Assembly (NCBI GenBank): GCA_024679065.1 | Contig: JAGIQG010000014.1 | Location: 28,024,001 to 28,088,000, forward strand | DNA length: 64,000 bases | Direction of reading: 5' to 3' | Source: Sphyrna mokarran | Lineage: Eukaryota | Shown here: positions 26,440 through 39,367 of the stretch, piece by piece | How the letters are laid out: each line of letters starts with the position of its first letter | How positions within the stretch are numbered: the stretch's first letter is position 1 | Made by a program: the position numbers and the translations under genes | The notes under the pieces: model-generated | What the model saw: only the letters and a program-made list of their open reading frames with translations | What the model was told of the DNA's origin: nothing | Database searches by the model: none

Positions 26440-28800
26440 GGAAAAGCCAGGTCTGATTTGTTATGGAAAAATTAGTGTAACTAACTTGTTGCAGCTTTTT
26501 GATGAGGTAACAGAGAGTAGATGAGGGCAATGCTGTTGGTGTGGTGTACATGGTCTTCCAAAAGGCATTTGGTAAGGTGTCATACAACAGACTGGTAACA
26601 TGAATTATAGTTCATGGAATAAAAGAAGCCATAATAACATGGATATGGAATTGACAGTGACAGCAACAGAAAGTAATGGTTTTTTGAGCTGCAGGAAGGT
26701 TTCTAGTGGAATTCCTGAAGAGTCAGTGCTCTTGTTGATATTTTTTGATGACGTAGACATTGGTGCCCAGGATATAATTTCAAAATTTACAGATGATAAA
26801 AATTTGGTAGCAGTGTGAACTGTGAAGAGGATAGTGTAGAACTTCAAAAGGATATGAACAAGTTGGTGGATGCATGGACAGCTGGAAGACAAAATTCAAT
26901 GTGGAGAAATGTGAAGTGATTCATTTTAGCCAGAAGAACATGGAGAGACAATATGAAATAAAATACACTACTCTAAAGGATGAAGGGAACCTGGATGTAT
27001 GTGTGAAGAAAGCAACAAATACGGCAGGATATGTTTAGATGCAGTTAAAAAAGCATACAGTCAGCATGCTAACATTATTAAGAAAGGCATTAGGGAAGAG
27101 TATATTAGCATGGATTTAGAATTAGTTAGCTGACAGGAAGCCACGAATGGGGATAAATATGGCTGTTTTGGTTGACAGGATGTGGCGAGTGGAATGCCAT
27201 TGGGATCAAGGATGGGGGTTCAACTATTTACAATTTATATTAACGACTTGGATGAAGGGACCAAATGTATGTTTGCCAAGTTTGCTAACAAAATGAAGTT
27301 AGGTAGGAAAGTAGGTTGTATGTGGATGTAAGTATTTTGCAGAGGTGCATATGTTAAATGAATTGGCAGATGGAGTATAATGTGAATATATCCATTTTGA
27401 CAGAAAGAGTGGAATTGCAATATATTATTTAAATAGGGAGATTGCAGAACTCTGAGGTACAGAGGAATCGGGGTCTCTTGGTAAATGAATCAGGGAATGT
27501 TAGTAAGCAGGTACAGCATTTGATTAGGAAGGGAAATGAAATGTCATTTATTGCAAAGGGGAATGGAATATCAAAGCAGAGGTGTTTTATACAATTGTAC
27601 AGGCAATTGATGAAACCGCATTGAGAATACTATGTACGGTTTTGGTTTCCTTACTTAAGAGAAGATATACATGTGTTGGAAGCAGTTCAGAAAAGATTGC
27701 ACTTGACTGATGCCTGCAAGGGTGTTACCTTATGAGATAAAATTGGGCAGGTTGGGCCTGTATCCATTGGAGTTTAGAAGATTGAGGGATTATCTTATTG
27801 GAATACATAAGATCCTGAAGGGACTTGGCAGGGTGCATGTTGAAAAGACAAAGAACAAAAACAGCATGGGAAACAGGCCCTTCGGCCCAATGAGCATTTT
27901 CCCTTGTGAGAGAGAATAGAACTGGGGGACACGGTTTGAACATAGGGTATTTCCTATTGAAAATGGGAAAAGAAAAAAGCTTTTTCTTTCAGAGGGTTGT
28001 GAATCTTTGGGACTCTCTTCTAAACAATACAGCAAATTTGTAGAGCAGAAGTAGATGGGTTCTTGATTAACAAGGGAATAACAGGTCAGTGGAATGTGAT
28101 GTTGAGGCCACAATTAGATCAGCCATTTTATTGAATGGTGTAGTAGGCATGAAGGGTCAAATAACCTATTCCTGATCCTAATTAGTACATTCAGATGTAT
28201 GTTCATATTTTTGTATCTTTAGCAAAGTGGGCAAGAGCAAAGAGATTATGTTGAACTTGTAAGAGATACTACTTCAGCCTCATCTGGAGTATTGCATCCA
28301 GTTTGGGGCATCGCACTTAAGGAAGGATGTCAAGACATTGGAGAGAATGCAGAAAAGGTTCACCAGAATGACTCCAGAGATGAAGAACTTCAGTTATTAG
28401 GATAGACTGGAGAAGTGTGGGATTATTTTTCTTGGAGGAGGAGATTGGTGGGATATTTGATACAGGTATTCAAAATCATGAGGAGTCTGGACAGGGTAGA
28501 TAGGGAGAAAATGTTCTCTCTTGTGAAAGAATTGAGAGTAAGAGTATATTGGTTTAAGGTAATTGGTGAAAGAAGCAAGCGCAAAATAAGGAAAATCCTT
28601 TTCACGCATTGAGTGGTTAAGCTCTGGAATGTGCTGAAGGTTCAACTGAGACCTTCAAAAGTGAATTAGACTTAGCTGAAAAGAAAGGTTGTGCAGGATT
28701 ATTGCCAGAAGATATGGCACTAGGTTAATTGCCCATTCTGGGAGCTCATTTGATGCAGATGTGATAGACCAAATGGCTTCCTTTGTGCTATAACAATTTT
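26440..28800 (+). mobile_element. Several stacked decayed CR1 LINE fragments
   Basis: Repeated remnants of FDEVT, KAFGKV, SKFTDDK, LGLYPLEFRRLR, VFKIMRSLDRVDREKMF. Confidence 0.8.
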
Positions 28801-28894
28801 GTTGTATGAATGAGGAAATAGCAATTGAATTGGATCTCTGGATCCTTTAAACCTCTGCTTAAACCTGAACATTTTTTTACTCTGTTTCTTTCAG

Positions 28895-28974
28895 GTAAGA
28901 AGATTTCGAATGGCACTAATTCAGCAACTACCTCACTGACTAAGCGAAGTTCAACTCAAACTCCAGAGTTGACG
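28895..28974 (+). CDS. TIM copy A Ser/Thr-rich stalk (mucin-like) exon (GKKISNGTNSATTSLTKRSSTQTPELT)
   Basis: Long pyrimidine tract + tcag acceptor, phase 1 start in frame with IgV exon, G|GTGAGC donor (phase 0), S/T-rich with NGT sequon. Confidence 0.8.
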
Positions 28975-31039
28975 GTGAGCAATTCCCTTTTCACAGTAGA
29001 GAATCCCTATAGTGTAAAAGGAGGCCATTAGGCCTATTGTGCCTGCAGAGTCTCTGAAAGAGCATCTTACCCAGACCCACCCTATCCCCGTAAACTTGTA
29101 CATTTGCCATGGCTAATCTACCTAACTTACACAAGCTGGGACACTAAGGGGCAATTTAGCAAGGTTAATCCACCTAACTTGCGCATCTTTGGACTATGGT
29201 AGGAAACCAGAGCACATTTCCATATGATTATCAGCTCCATGCCAGAGTTGATTGCAGTCAGTAAAGAGTGCCTGGGAGGCTTGTGACCAGTGCTAAAGGC
29301 TCCCCACTCCTGTCTCCTGGCCCATTGTGCTACTGGAACAGTGCAGCGGGCCAGGAGAATCCCAGCCCACATTTTTTAAGAATCGTGGTTCCAGACTATT
29401 CAGAAGAGTTATAAACCCACGTTTGCATGAAGGGACCTTTCAAAAAGTGAGTTTAAATGCCCTCCTTGAGGGTTGGGTGGAGTGCCATAGCTAGGCATAG
29501 GGCCATGAGGGCCATAGGGGTGAATTTATTTATTTATGTATTTACTAGTGTCACAAATAGGCTTACATTAACTCTGTAATGAAGTTATTGTGAAAATCCC
29601 CTAGTTGCCATACTCCGGTGCCTGTTTGGATACACTGAGGGAGAATTTAGCACGGCCAATGCACCTAACCGGCATGTCTTTTAGACTGTGAGAGCAAACC
29701 AGAGCACCCAGAAGAAACCCACTCAGAAAATGCGTAGACTCCACACTGACAGTGACTCAAGCCAGGAATCGATCCTGGGTCCCTGGCACTGTGAGACAGC
29801 AGTGTTACCATGGTGAGTGGGATACATGGGATGACATGGATGGGGTATCATAGGAATCACAAGAGCTCAGAACAGGAGTCAGCAATTTATTCCATCAGGC
29901 TTTCTCTCTTATTTAATATAATCATGGCTGATCTGATCTTCGTCTCAACTCCAATTTCCTGTTCATTCACCATAGCTTTTCACACTCTTACTAATTAAAA
30001 ATCTATCCAACTCTTCTTTAAGTTTATTCAAAGACCCCACATCTACCACACTCTAGGGTAGTGAATTCCACAGACTCACAACTCTTTGAGATATATAATT
30101 TTTCCTCAACTGTTTTAAACTGTACACAATATTCTAAGTCTGGTCTTGTGAGTGTGAGGGAGTGAGGCTCTGTGAGGGGTGTGGGGCCTTTTTGTTTTTA
30201 TTTGAACTGGGACATAGTTCCACAGCATTGAGATGTGCCTTTTGAATAGTCTGCCTCAGCATTCAGCACATCCTGTGTTGCCTCTGTTCTCATTTCCAGG
30301 TGACTTGACTCCTACCTGCAGCTACCTCTGGCAGTGATGGCTGTGCCATTGTGGGTAGTCGGGCAGGCCGAGTCTGGAATTCTCCAGACTCCTTGAGGAT
30401 AAAAATTCAGGCCCTTTGCACAATATCTCACAGAAAAGAGTCAGCTACTAGACAAAGAAGATTTTATGGAGATGCAGAGAAGGACTGTTTTAGGTGAATA
30501 GGCAAGCAGGATGCTTGTGAGAGTTTGTTCTGTATCAAATGGAAGGGAACAGAACACATACACATCTCTTTAAGGAAAAGGGAGTTACAAATGTGGCTCT
30601 TGCTGTGTAAATTGAATCTGGAAAACTCGGGTTGAATGGAATAATATTTGAAGGATACATTTGTGACTCGAAGTGAGCTGTTGGAATGCTAGGAGTAAGT
30701 GTGAAACTTACTATAATTTTACATAGCTGTCAAAAGTTCAGCACATAGCAAAAAGGAGTAGTCAGTCATATATCAATTGCATTAGTTAATTAATGCAAAA
30801 GTGTATTTTCTTTATTTTGGTATTTTAATTATGTTAGGTAGTGTTTGATCAATGTTCATTTTAGTTGGTTACAATGGAAGTTTAAAATGTGAAATCTTCT
30901 TTGGTGACACCTGTCAGCTGCAGTGAAATTAATCACTTTTTAAAAGTTATCGGTCCCTTTGAGGATCCATTTGCTGCGATTTTATTTCCGTGTTCACTGC
31001 AAATGCAAATGGTAACATGGGCACAAATTCAGAAACAAG

Positions 31040-31415
31040 AAACTCCCTCCCCCGCCCACCCCACTTGGGCTGTCCGTTACCTGCTCCAGGTTGTCCTTTG
31101 TCACACCATTAACAGATTCTGATCTCCTCGTGCCTCTATCAGCATTCTTCTTAGCCATAATCATCGCCATCTACATTTCTTTTGTATTCTTGCCCAATAT
31201 TTCTTTGTCAATCCCTCCCCAGCTTCCACCTATCACTGACCTTCTATTTGGCCTCTACTGTTTGACCCCAACAACCCCTCCCTCACAAAAGTATACATTT
31301 TACACTATTTCCATTTCTCTTTATTTCTGATGCAATCATCTAGACTTGAAATGTTAGCTCTGTTCTCGGCCCACACATACTGTCAGACCTGCTGAGATTT
31401 TCCAGCATTTTCTTA
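31040..31415 (+). mobile_element. 3' remnant of a probable Penelope-like element with degenerate hammerhead-like motif
   Basis: ttctgatgcaatcatctagacttgaaatgttagc followed by cagacctgctgagattttccagcattttc, a tail also at about 15800-15935 (-), 16130-16225 (+) and 19345-19485 (-). Confidence 0.45.
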
Positions 31416-32870
31416 AGATTTTGCTCCTTAAGCTGTTGTTTTTGTATTTGATAGCTCATTCATGATTCTTATTCTGTTGATTCACGGGTGTTTGCCCTTC
31501 TTATCCATTTCTCAGATGTTCAGAGGTAGTGACTGTGGGATAGGATAGGATTCGATATTACCCTTGCGTATCCCTCGCTGCTCTGAGAGTAAATAATTTA
31601 GTTTTAGAGATAATGTGTGATTTTTGTTTTGGTGGTCATGCCAGACCTGTGACCAGGTCAGTCACATGACAAGAAAGCTGAGCCCAAGATCCTTGGATTT
31701 GAAAATTCAAAAGTGTGCATTTTATCATTGGTGGGACATGGTTCGAGCAGGGATGAGGGTTGAAAGTGAGAGAACTGTTGTAGAGTGGTGGAATAAGAAA
31801 ACTGGGAACATAGGGGGTTGTTGTCAGATTCCTACCATATGTTTACGTTTGACTAGGAATGCTGCTACCTTCATATTCCATACCTGTGGTTAGATACATG
31901 AAGGCAAACAGTAGAGTCTATCAACAGCTCCACATCCTTGTTATTTGCTGCCAGTGTAGGGCAGAGGTGAAACTCTTTACTAGGCTAATTTTGGAATGGT
32001 CCCAATTCCCTTTCTGGATGGAGAAGATGGCAGTCGCTCTCACCTTATCTCTTGAGTTTAGCTCTTTTGTCCATGTTTAGACCAAAGCTAAAATGAGGTC
32101 ATGAGTTGAGTACCTCTAGCGGAACCCAAAGTGGCCATTGCTGAGCAGATTATTGTTGAGTAAGTGCATTTTGATAGTGCTTTCAATGACACGTTTCACC
32201 ATCCCCTCTGCCCCGTAACCCTGTACATTTACCATAGCTAATTCATCTAATTATATATCCTTGCACTCTAAGTGGCAATTTAGCATAGCCAATCCACCTA
32301 ACCTATGCATCTTCGGATTATGGGAAACCAGAGCATCCAGAGGAAACCCACGCTGACAGGGGTACAATGCACAAACTCCATAGAGTCACCTAAGGCTGGA
32401 ATTGAACCTGGGTCCCTGGCGCTGTGAAACAGCAGTGCTAATCATAGTGCCACTATGCAGCCTCTGCTATTGTGAACACTCTTTGTATTTTTAATAACCC
32501 CGACCCAGAAAACTGGGATACAGTCAGGGTGTAAGTTCTGCCCTTATCTTTCTGAGGTGGATTTATTGAAAATCTGGTTGTAATGTTTTGGAAACAGTTC
32601 AGATTGTGATCAGAGAAATCTGATTTACATAGACATGAAACAGGGGTGGTATAGCATCCTGAATTTTAGATCATGAGAGGTATCGTAGACCCAAATATAT
32701 TTAACTTACTCCCATGATTGATACAAAACTCTGGATCTTAGTGGTCACAGGTCTAAGTAATGTTTAATAGTTAATGGATATCACTTTGTTCCATTTTTAA
32801 GATATCATTCTTAAATTTACATTGGTTTTCACTTTGCGAAGAAAGTTCCTGTTCTCTGATTCTATTTCAG

Positions 32871-33167
32871 ATACCAGGAGTGCTAGTTAGCAACTTGATA
32901 TCTTCAATTCTCTTGGCCTTTCGTGTTTCAGTTTTAATCTGCTTCATTGCAATCACTGTGCTCCTGTGTCGATGGAATCACGTTAAACCTGAACCAAATT
33001 GCTTTCTGCTTGACTGTCCCATGGGTGAAAGTGCAGCACCAGTTAAAGCCAAAGCTATTTTTTTGTTGCTTCACACTAGTTCTAAATCACTAACTAACGT
33101 AACTCCAAATCCACACAAATGTTTCACTGTTTCTAAAATTAATTTTTTTTCAATGTCATTTTTTTAG
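32871..33167 (+). CDS. TIM copy A transmembrane exon (IPGVLVSNLISSILLAFRVSVLICFIAITVLLCRWNH...); 3' boundary uncertain
   Basis: tctatttcag acceptor, phase 0 matches stalk exon; long hydrophobic run followed by RW; runs to stop at 33165-33167 unless weak donor at 33025 (G|GTGAAA) is used. Confidence 0.72.
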   Translation: MPGVLVSNLISSILLAFRVSVLICFIAITVLLCRWNHVKPEPNCFLLDCPMGESAAPVKAKAIFLLLHTSSKSLTNVTPNPHKCFTVSKINFFSMSFF

Positions 33168-35677
33168 TGTCTCTAAGAAAAGATAGCAGTAAAAAGGGTT
33201 CCAATCTTTTACAAAATGTTCTTCCACAGTTACAAAAATACATGTAAACCTGTACGGATTAGGCCACTGCTTACACTGTCACTTGCAATGATATAAGGGA
33301 GTAAACACTAGAACAGTATATGCACAGAATTGAAAACAAACACTGCCAAAAATTTCTTCAGCACAGTTATTATTTATTTTTCAACATGATGGATAAATCT
33401 TTCCACCCCTTCCCACCTCCCCCCTACTTTGAAACAGGCATTTCCACTTCCCACCCATCCCCAACAGTCAATGCCGACACTCTGTCCTTCTCTTCCAAAC
33501 ATTGGGCCCCTTCCCCCTACGCATACAGCCAGTCAGGCACCCCCCTTCCTCACAAATATCGGACCCCTTACCCCCATCCCCCACCTACACAGTCAACACA
33601 AGCATCCACCCACACCTACCCCCCTTGACAAATAGCTATCATTAGCATCCCCAGTTCCCAAGTCTGCTTCCCCCTAGCACACCACAAATAAATAAATCCC
33701 TTCCTCCCCCATGAGACTTTCACAAGATTCTGCCCTGGTACTGTCCCCAGCTTTGTAACCGGGCATTGCCAACCAGTGCCTAGGGGCAATGGCCAGGGGC
33801 AATGGCAGGTCACTGCCTGGTCTTGTTCCTCTCCCCAGGGGGTATGTTCACTTCTATGCCCTGGGGGGATTCCCAAGACTGGTTCACATCTGGGTGATGT
33901 CATGTCAGCATGGCTTGACTATACTGCAGGAGTCAATATATGGTGCGGAGGGCAGTTAATGACATGTAAATACATTAAAATGTATTTAAATCAGATTCAT
34001 ATCTGTTATGGGCATGGACCTGATTATGTCACCGGTGAAGGGTGGCCAAAATCAGAAGTCATGATCTTGCCAACGAGATCCTCAACTTCTGTGGTTTACC
34101 AAGTCTTTAGCCAACCCCTGCTATTTCCATGGACGGTGAACACAGGCTCAAGTTTGCCTCCTCTGAGTCTGAAATAAAGGCACATTGCTTCACTGCTGAA
34201 GGAAGATAAGCCATTTCAATGTACTAGTTTATCCTTTTATACAAACACATTTCTCCAATGCCATGCCAGCTACTGATTTGTCTTCGTGTAAAGAAGTAAT
34301 TTTTGACTTTTCGTTTATTCGCTCATGTGTTGTGGGCTTCACTGATAAGACTAACAATTGCTCCTCATCCCTTGGGAACAATTAAGAGTCCATCAGATTG
34401 TGTGGGTGTGGATTCAAATGTAGGCTGATGGATGGCAGATTTCCTTTCCTAGTGAATCAGCTGGTTTTTTATTACAATTGATAGTTTAATAGCTCTCATT
34501 CCTGAGACTAGTTTTTCAATTCCAGATTTTCTGTTTAATTTATTGAGTTTATTACTTGAGTTTAAATTCTCTTAACTGTCATGGTGGAATTTGAAACCAG
34601 TCTCCAAAGGATTGGCTTGGTCCTCTGGATGATTAATCCAAGGATATTACCACTATACCGCTGTCTCCCTCATCTCTGCAGTGCTGGACTTGTCTTTTAC
34701 CAATTTGTACCCATATCGCTGAACCATTCAATAGCCCAGTCCATCAGCAAACCAGCCTTCCATCCATTAACTCTGTCTGTGTTTCCAATGCTTCAGAAAA
34801 GCAGCCAGCATAATCAAAAACCCCACACTTCCACCTTTTTTCCATTGGGAAAAAGACACAAAAGTCTGAGATCAAGTACCAGCCCACTTAAAAACAACTT
34901 CTTCCCTGCTGCCATCAAACTTTTGAATGGACCTACCTTACATTAAGTTGATCTTTCTCTGCACCCTAACTATGGCTATAATACTACATTCTGCATCCTT
35001 TCCTTTCCTTCTCTGTTATGGACACTATGAACAATATGCTTTGTCTACATAGAGTGTAAGAAACAATACTTTTCATTGAACACCAATACCTGTGACAATA
35101 ACAAATTAACTCAAATCAAAAAGCATTTTAGCTATAGTGGCAAGTTTCATTGGGTAACTCCTACTTTGGAACAAAACACATGTGTTTCATTATTGGAGGA
35201 TTTTTAATGCTCAGTGGAGCATTGGTATCTTTAGTGCCAGTTAGATAAATTAGAAGTGATTAAATGAAAAGGTAAACAGATGAGTAAATGAAAATGAGGA
35301 GAGAAATGCCAAGGCTCTGAATAGAAGTCTAGAATGAAGCTAATGATGGTTGAAGGTTGCCATTTGTTCTGCGTGTAACTGGTCTTATTCCCACTTTGGG
35401 GTTAAGAATTTCTCAGGCCTCTGCCCAATCCCAGCGTCACTCCTGTCAGCTGGTTAGAATCCTTTCCAATTTGAGGATCTAAGCAGTTTGCCAAACTTGG
35501 AACTTCATCATAGAGCACCCTCGTGGAAGCTGAAACTTAACATATGATGATAGCTCAAGAGTGAAAAAGGCAAGCAATTGTGAAACATTGACAGAAATCT
35601 ATGTTTGCAAGAGTTCTGAAAAATAAACATTTCTAAAATTCTGGAAGCACATTGTGTAGCCCTGACAAGGGGAAAAA

Positions 35678-37810
35678 TACAGTAAGAAGTCTCACGACAC
35701 CAGGTTAAAGTCCAACAGGTTTATTTGGTAGCAAATGCCACTAGCTTTCAGAGCACTGCTCTTTCATCAGGTGAGTGGGGAGTTCTGATCACAAATAGGG
35801 CATATAAAAGCACATAATAAGTTTACAGAATACTGATTAAAATGCAAGTCTTTACAGCTAATTGTGCAGACAATGTGAGTGGAGATGGCATTAATCATAG
35901 ATTAAAGAGATGTGTATTGTCTCCAGACAGGACAGTAAGTGAGCTGTTGCAAGCCCAGGCCAGTCATGGGGTTATTAATAGTGTGACATGAACCCAAGAT
36001 CCTGGTTGAGGCCGTCCTCATGTGTGCAGAACTTGCCTATCAGTCTCTGGTTGGCAACTCTGCGCTATTGTGTGTTGTGAAGGCTGCCTTGGAGAACGTT
36101 TACCCAAAGATCAGAGGCTGAATGTCCGTGACCACTGAAAGGTTCGCCAACAGGAAGAGAATAGTCTTGTCTGGTGATTGTCGAACGGTGTTCATTCATC
36201 CATCGTCATAGTGTCTGCATGGTTTCCTCAATGTATCATGCCTCGGGACATCATTTCCTGCAGTGTATCAGGTAGACAACATTGGCTGAGTTGCAAGAGT
36301 TTATACTATGTACCTGGTGGATAGTGTTCTCACGTGAGATGATGGCATCTGTGTCGATGATCAGGCATGTTTTGCAGAGGTTGCTGTGGCACGGTTGTGT
36401 GATGTTGTGGTCACTGTTCTCTTGAAGGCTGGGTAGTTTGTTGCGGACAATGACCTGTTTGAGGTTGTGCAGTTGTTTGAAGGCAAGAAGTGGGGGTGTG
36501 AGGATGGCTTTGGCAAGATGTTCATCTTCATCAATGACACGTTGAAGACTCCGGAGAAGATGTTGTAGCTTCCCAGCTCAGTGCTTCACTGTACCTCAAG
36601 CCTATGGATAACCTCACTATGCTCCACTTCTCCAGCTTCCATCCTAAACACATTAAAGAAGCTATCCCCTATGGACAAGCCCTCTGTATACATAGAGTCT
36701 GCACAGATGAGGAGGATCGCAACAGACACCTCCAGACACTGAAAAATGCCCTCATAAGAACAGGATATGGCACTCAACTCATTGATCAACAGTTCTGACG
36801 CGCCGCAGCAAAAAACCACACTGACCTGCTCGGAAGACAAACATGAGACACGGTGGACAGAATACCCTTCATTGTCCAATATTTCCCTGGAGCAGAGAAA
36901 CTATGATATCTTCTCCGGAGCCTTCAATATGTCATTAATGAAGATAAACATCTTGCCAAGGCCATTTTCACACCCCCACTTCTTGCCTTCAAACAACCGC
37001 ACAACCTCTAACGGACCATTGTCAGCAGCAATCTACCCAGACTTCAGGAGAACAGTGACCACAACACCACACAGGTCTGCCACAGCAACCTCTGCAAGAT
37101 ATGCCAGATCATCAACACGGATGCCATCATCTCACGTGAGAACGCCATCCACAGGTACATGGTACATACTCTTGTAACTCGGCCAACGTTGTCTATCTGA
37201 TACACTGCAGGAAAGGATGTCCCAAGGCTTGGTACATTGGAGACACCATAACAACAGATGAATGAACAGCACTCGACAATCACCAGGCAAGAATGTTCTC
37301 TTCCTGACGGCGAACACTTCAGCAGTCATGACATTCGACCTCTGATCTTCAGGTATATGTTCTTCAAGGTGGCCTTAATGACACACGACAGCGCAGAGTC
37401 GCCAAGCAGACACTGATAGCCAAATTCCACACACATAAGGATGGCCTCAACTGGGATTTTGGATTCATGTCACACTATTTGTAATCCCCATGACTGGCCC
37501 AGGCTTGCAACATCTCACTTACTGTGCTGTCTGGAGACAATACACATCTGTTTAACTTATGATTAATGCTATCTCCACTCACATTGTCTGCACTTTTAAG
37601 ACTTGATTAGCTGTAAAGACTCACATTTTAATCAGTATTCTGTGAACTGTGTGTGTGCCTATATATGCCCTGTTTGTGAACTCCCCACTCACCTGATGAA
37701 GGAGTAGAGCTCCTAATGGCGTATGCTAGCAAATAAACCTGTTGGACTTTAACCTGGTGTTGTGAGACTTCTTACTGTGTTTACCCTGTCCAACGCTGGC
37801 ATCTCCACAT
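35678..37810. mobile_element. Penelope-like retroelement (RT C-terminus + GIY-YIG endonuclease) in inverted arrangement
   Basis: + strand 36585-37810: LHFSSFHPKHIKEAIPYGQALCIHRVC and NVVYLIHCRKGCPKAWYIGDT (GIY-YIG); 35678-36580 is a reverse-complement copy of about 36887-37777. Confidence 0.9.
35737..35775 (-). ncRNA. Minimal type I hammerhead ribozyme motif in Penelope pLTR
   Basis: Minus strand: cac CUGAUGA a agagc-agu-gcucu GAAA gc UA gug; core boxes, stem II, palindromic AGCU helix III and cac/gug stem I present. Confidence 0.7.
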
Positions 37811-38448
37811 CAAGGAGAAAAGTATCCTGGACACCCTGCTTGATGTGTTCTAACAAAGACACTGCACCTGGAACCTGATTCTGCCTCCTCTCACCCTGAA
37901 ACTGACAGGTTCAACTCATGTTTTTCATTAAGGATATCAGATCAACATTTATTGTCTGTTTTGCCTTTGGAGATAAAATGTCTCCTTGAACACAATTAAG
38001 TGATTTCCTAAGCATTCTCGGAGATAGGTAACAACTGACCACATTGCTGTGGGTTTAGAGTCAAATACAAGCCAGAGCAGGTAACAGCAATAATAATCTA
38101 GTAGTTACATGGTCAACATTGCTTTTTAATCCAGAATAATTTAAACCACACAGTTGCTGCGGTGAGACTGGAACTCAGGTCTCCCGATCATTAATCAAAG
38201 CCTTTGGATTACAAATACTATGCTGCTTTTCTAATCAGCATCCTTTGCTGTAAAGAAAGTGATGGCCAAATTCACTAAATCAACATTCAAATCTGAGGAC
38301 TGCTGATTCTTTGCCTTTTTAAGTATGAAATTTACGCACTTACTTTAAGTATGAAATTTAAACCACTTTGGTGGTTTAATTTGCTGTGTCAGATTGTGAA
38401 TGCAAGCCAATGGAGGAATTGTTCAATATTTTTGTTTTTGATCCTCAG

Positions 38449-38468
38449 GTCGATATGCAGCAATATGA
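38449..38468 (+). CDS. Possible terminal cytoplasmic exon of TIM copy A
   Basis: Good acceptor (tttttgtttttgatcctcag) in non-repetitive sequence; reads G-RYAAI* if joined from 33024 or VDMQQYEPTMAEALPLF* in phase 0. No homology support. Confidence 0.3.
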
Positions 38469-39059
38469 GCCAACTATGGCAGAAGCACTTCCTTTGTTTT
38501 GATGGACCGGAGATTTTTCAATATAATTCCATGTGCAATTATCCTGCACAATTCAAAGAAAGCATGCACTTGAAACTGGACTCCAATATCGTGATCTCAC
38601 AGCCCCTGGCCCATCCTCAACCTGTCTGAAGAACAACACCATCAAGACTAGGAAAATGTGTCAACTGGACAGTACCCAAAAGCAGTGCCAGGATCCTGTC
38701 ATTACTGGTAAACAATGATAAGCACTGCACGCTTTTCATGGACATGGGAAATTCCTCTTAGAGCTTTTAACAAGAGAAGTTTAGCTTTAGTGCTCTGTGT
38801 ATGTTTAGTCCTGGAATTTGTATTGAGAAACTGCCTGTGATTTACCATTTGTTAATTTTAATGGTGCACCAATTTGCAATACGCATTAGGACCCAATAAC
38901 TGAACTTTAGTTTCTGCTGAACCTTTTAAAACTTAATGAGTGAAATTATAACAAAAATTGGTTAATTTAAGAATTGATTTCCTATAAAACTGCAACCACA
39001 TATCTGCGCATTTAAACATTTTTACTTCCTCTTGAATAGTTATTTGGAAGATTTTCCTC

Positions 39060-39367
39060 AGAATCACAGTGCAGAAGGAGGCCATTCAGTCCACTGAAGC
39101 CATACCAACCACAATCGCACCGAATCTTATCCCCATAACCCCATACATTTACACTAGCTAGTTCTCCTGACACTAAGGGGCAATTTAGCATGGCCAATCC
39201 ACCTAACCCACACATTTCTGGACTGAGAGAGGAAACTGGAGCACCTGGAGGAACCCACACAGATACGGGGAAAATGTGTAAACTCAACACAGACAGTGAC
39301 CCAAGCTAGGAATGGTACACAGATCCCTGGCGCTGTGAGGCAGCAATGCTAACCACAGTGCCACCGT
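39060..39367 (-). mobile_element. V-SINE (HE1-like)
   Basis: Near-complete reverse-complement copy. Confidence 0.82.
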
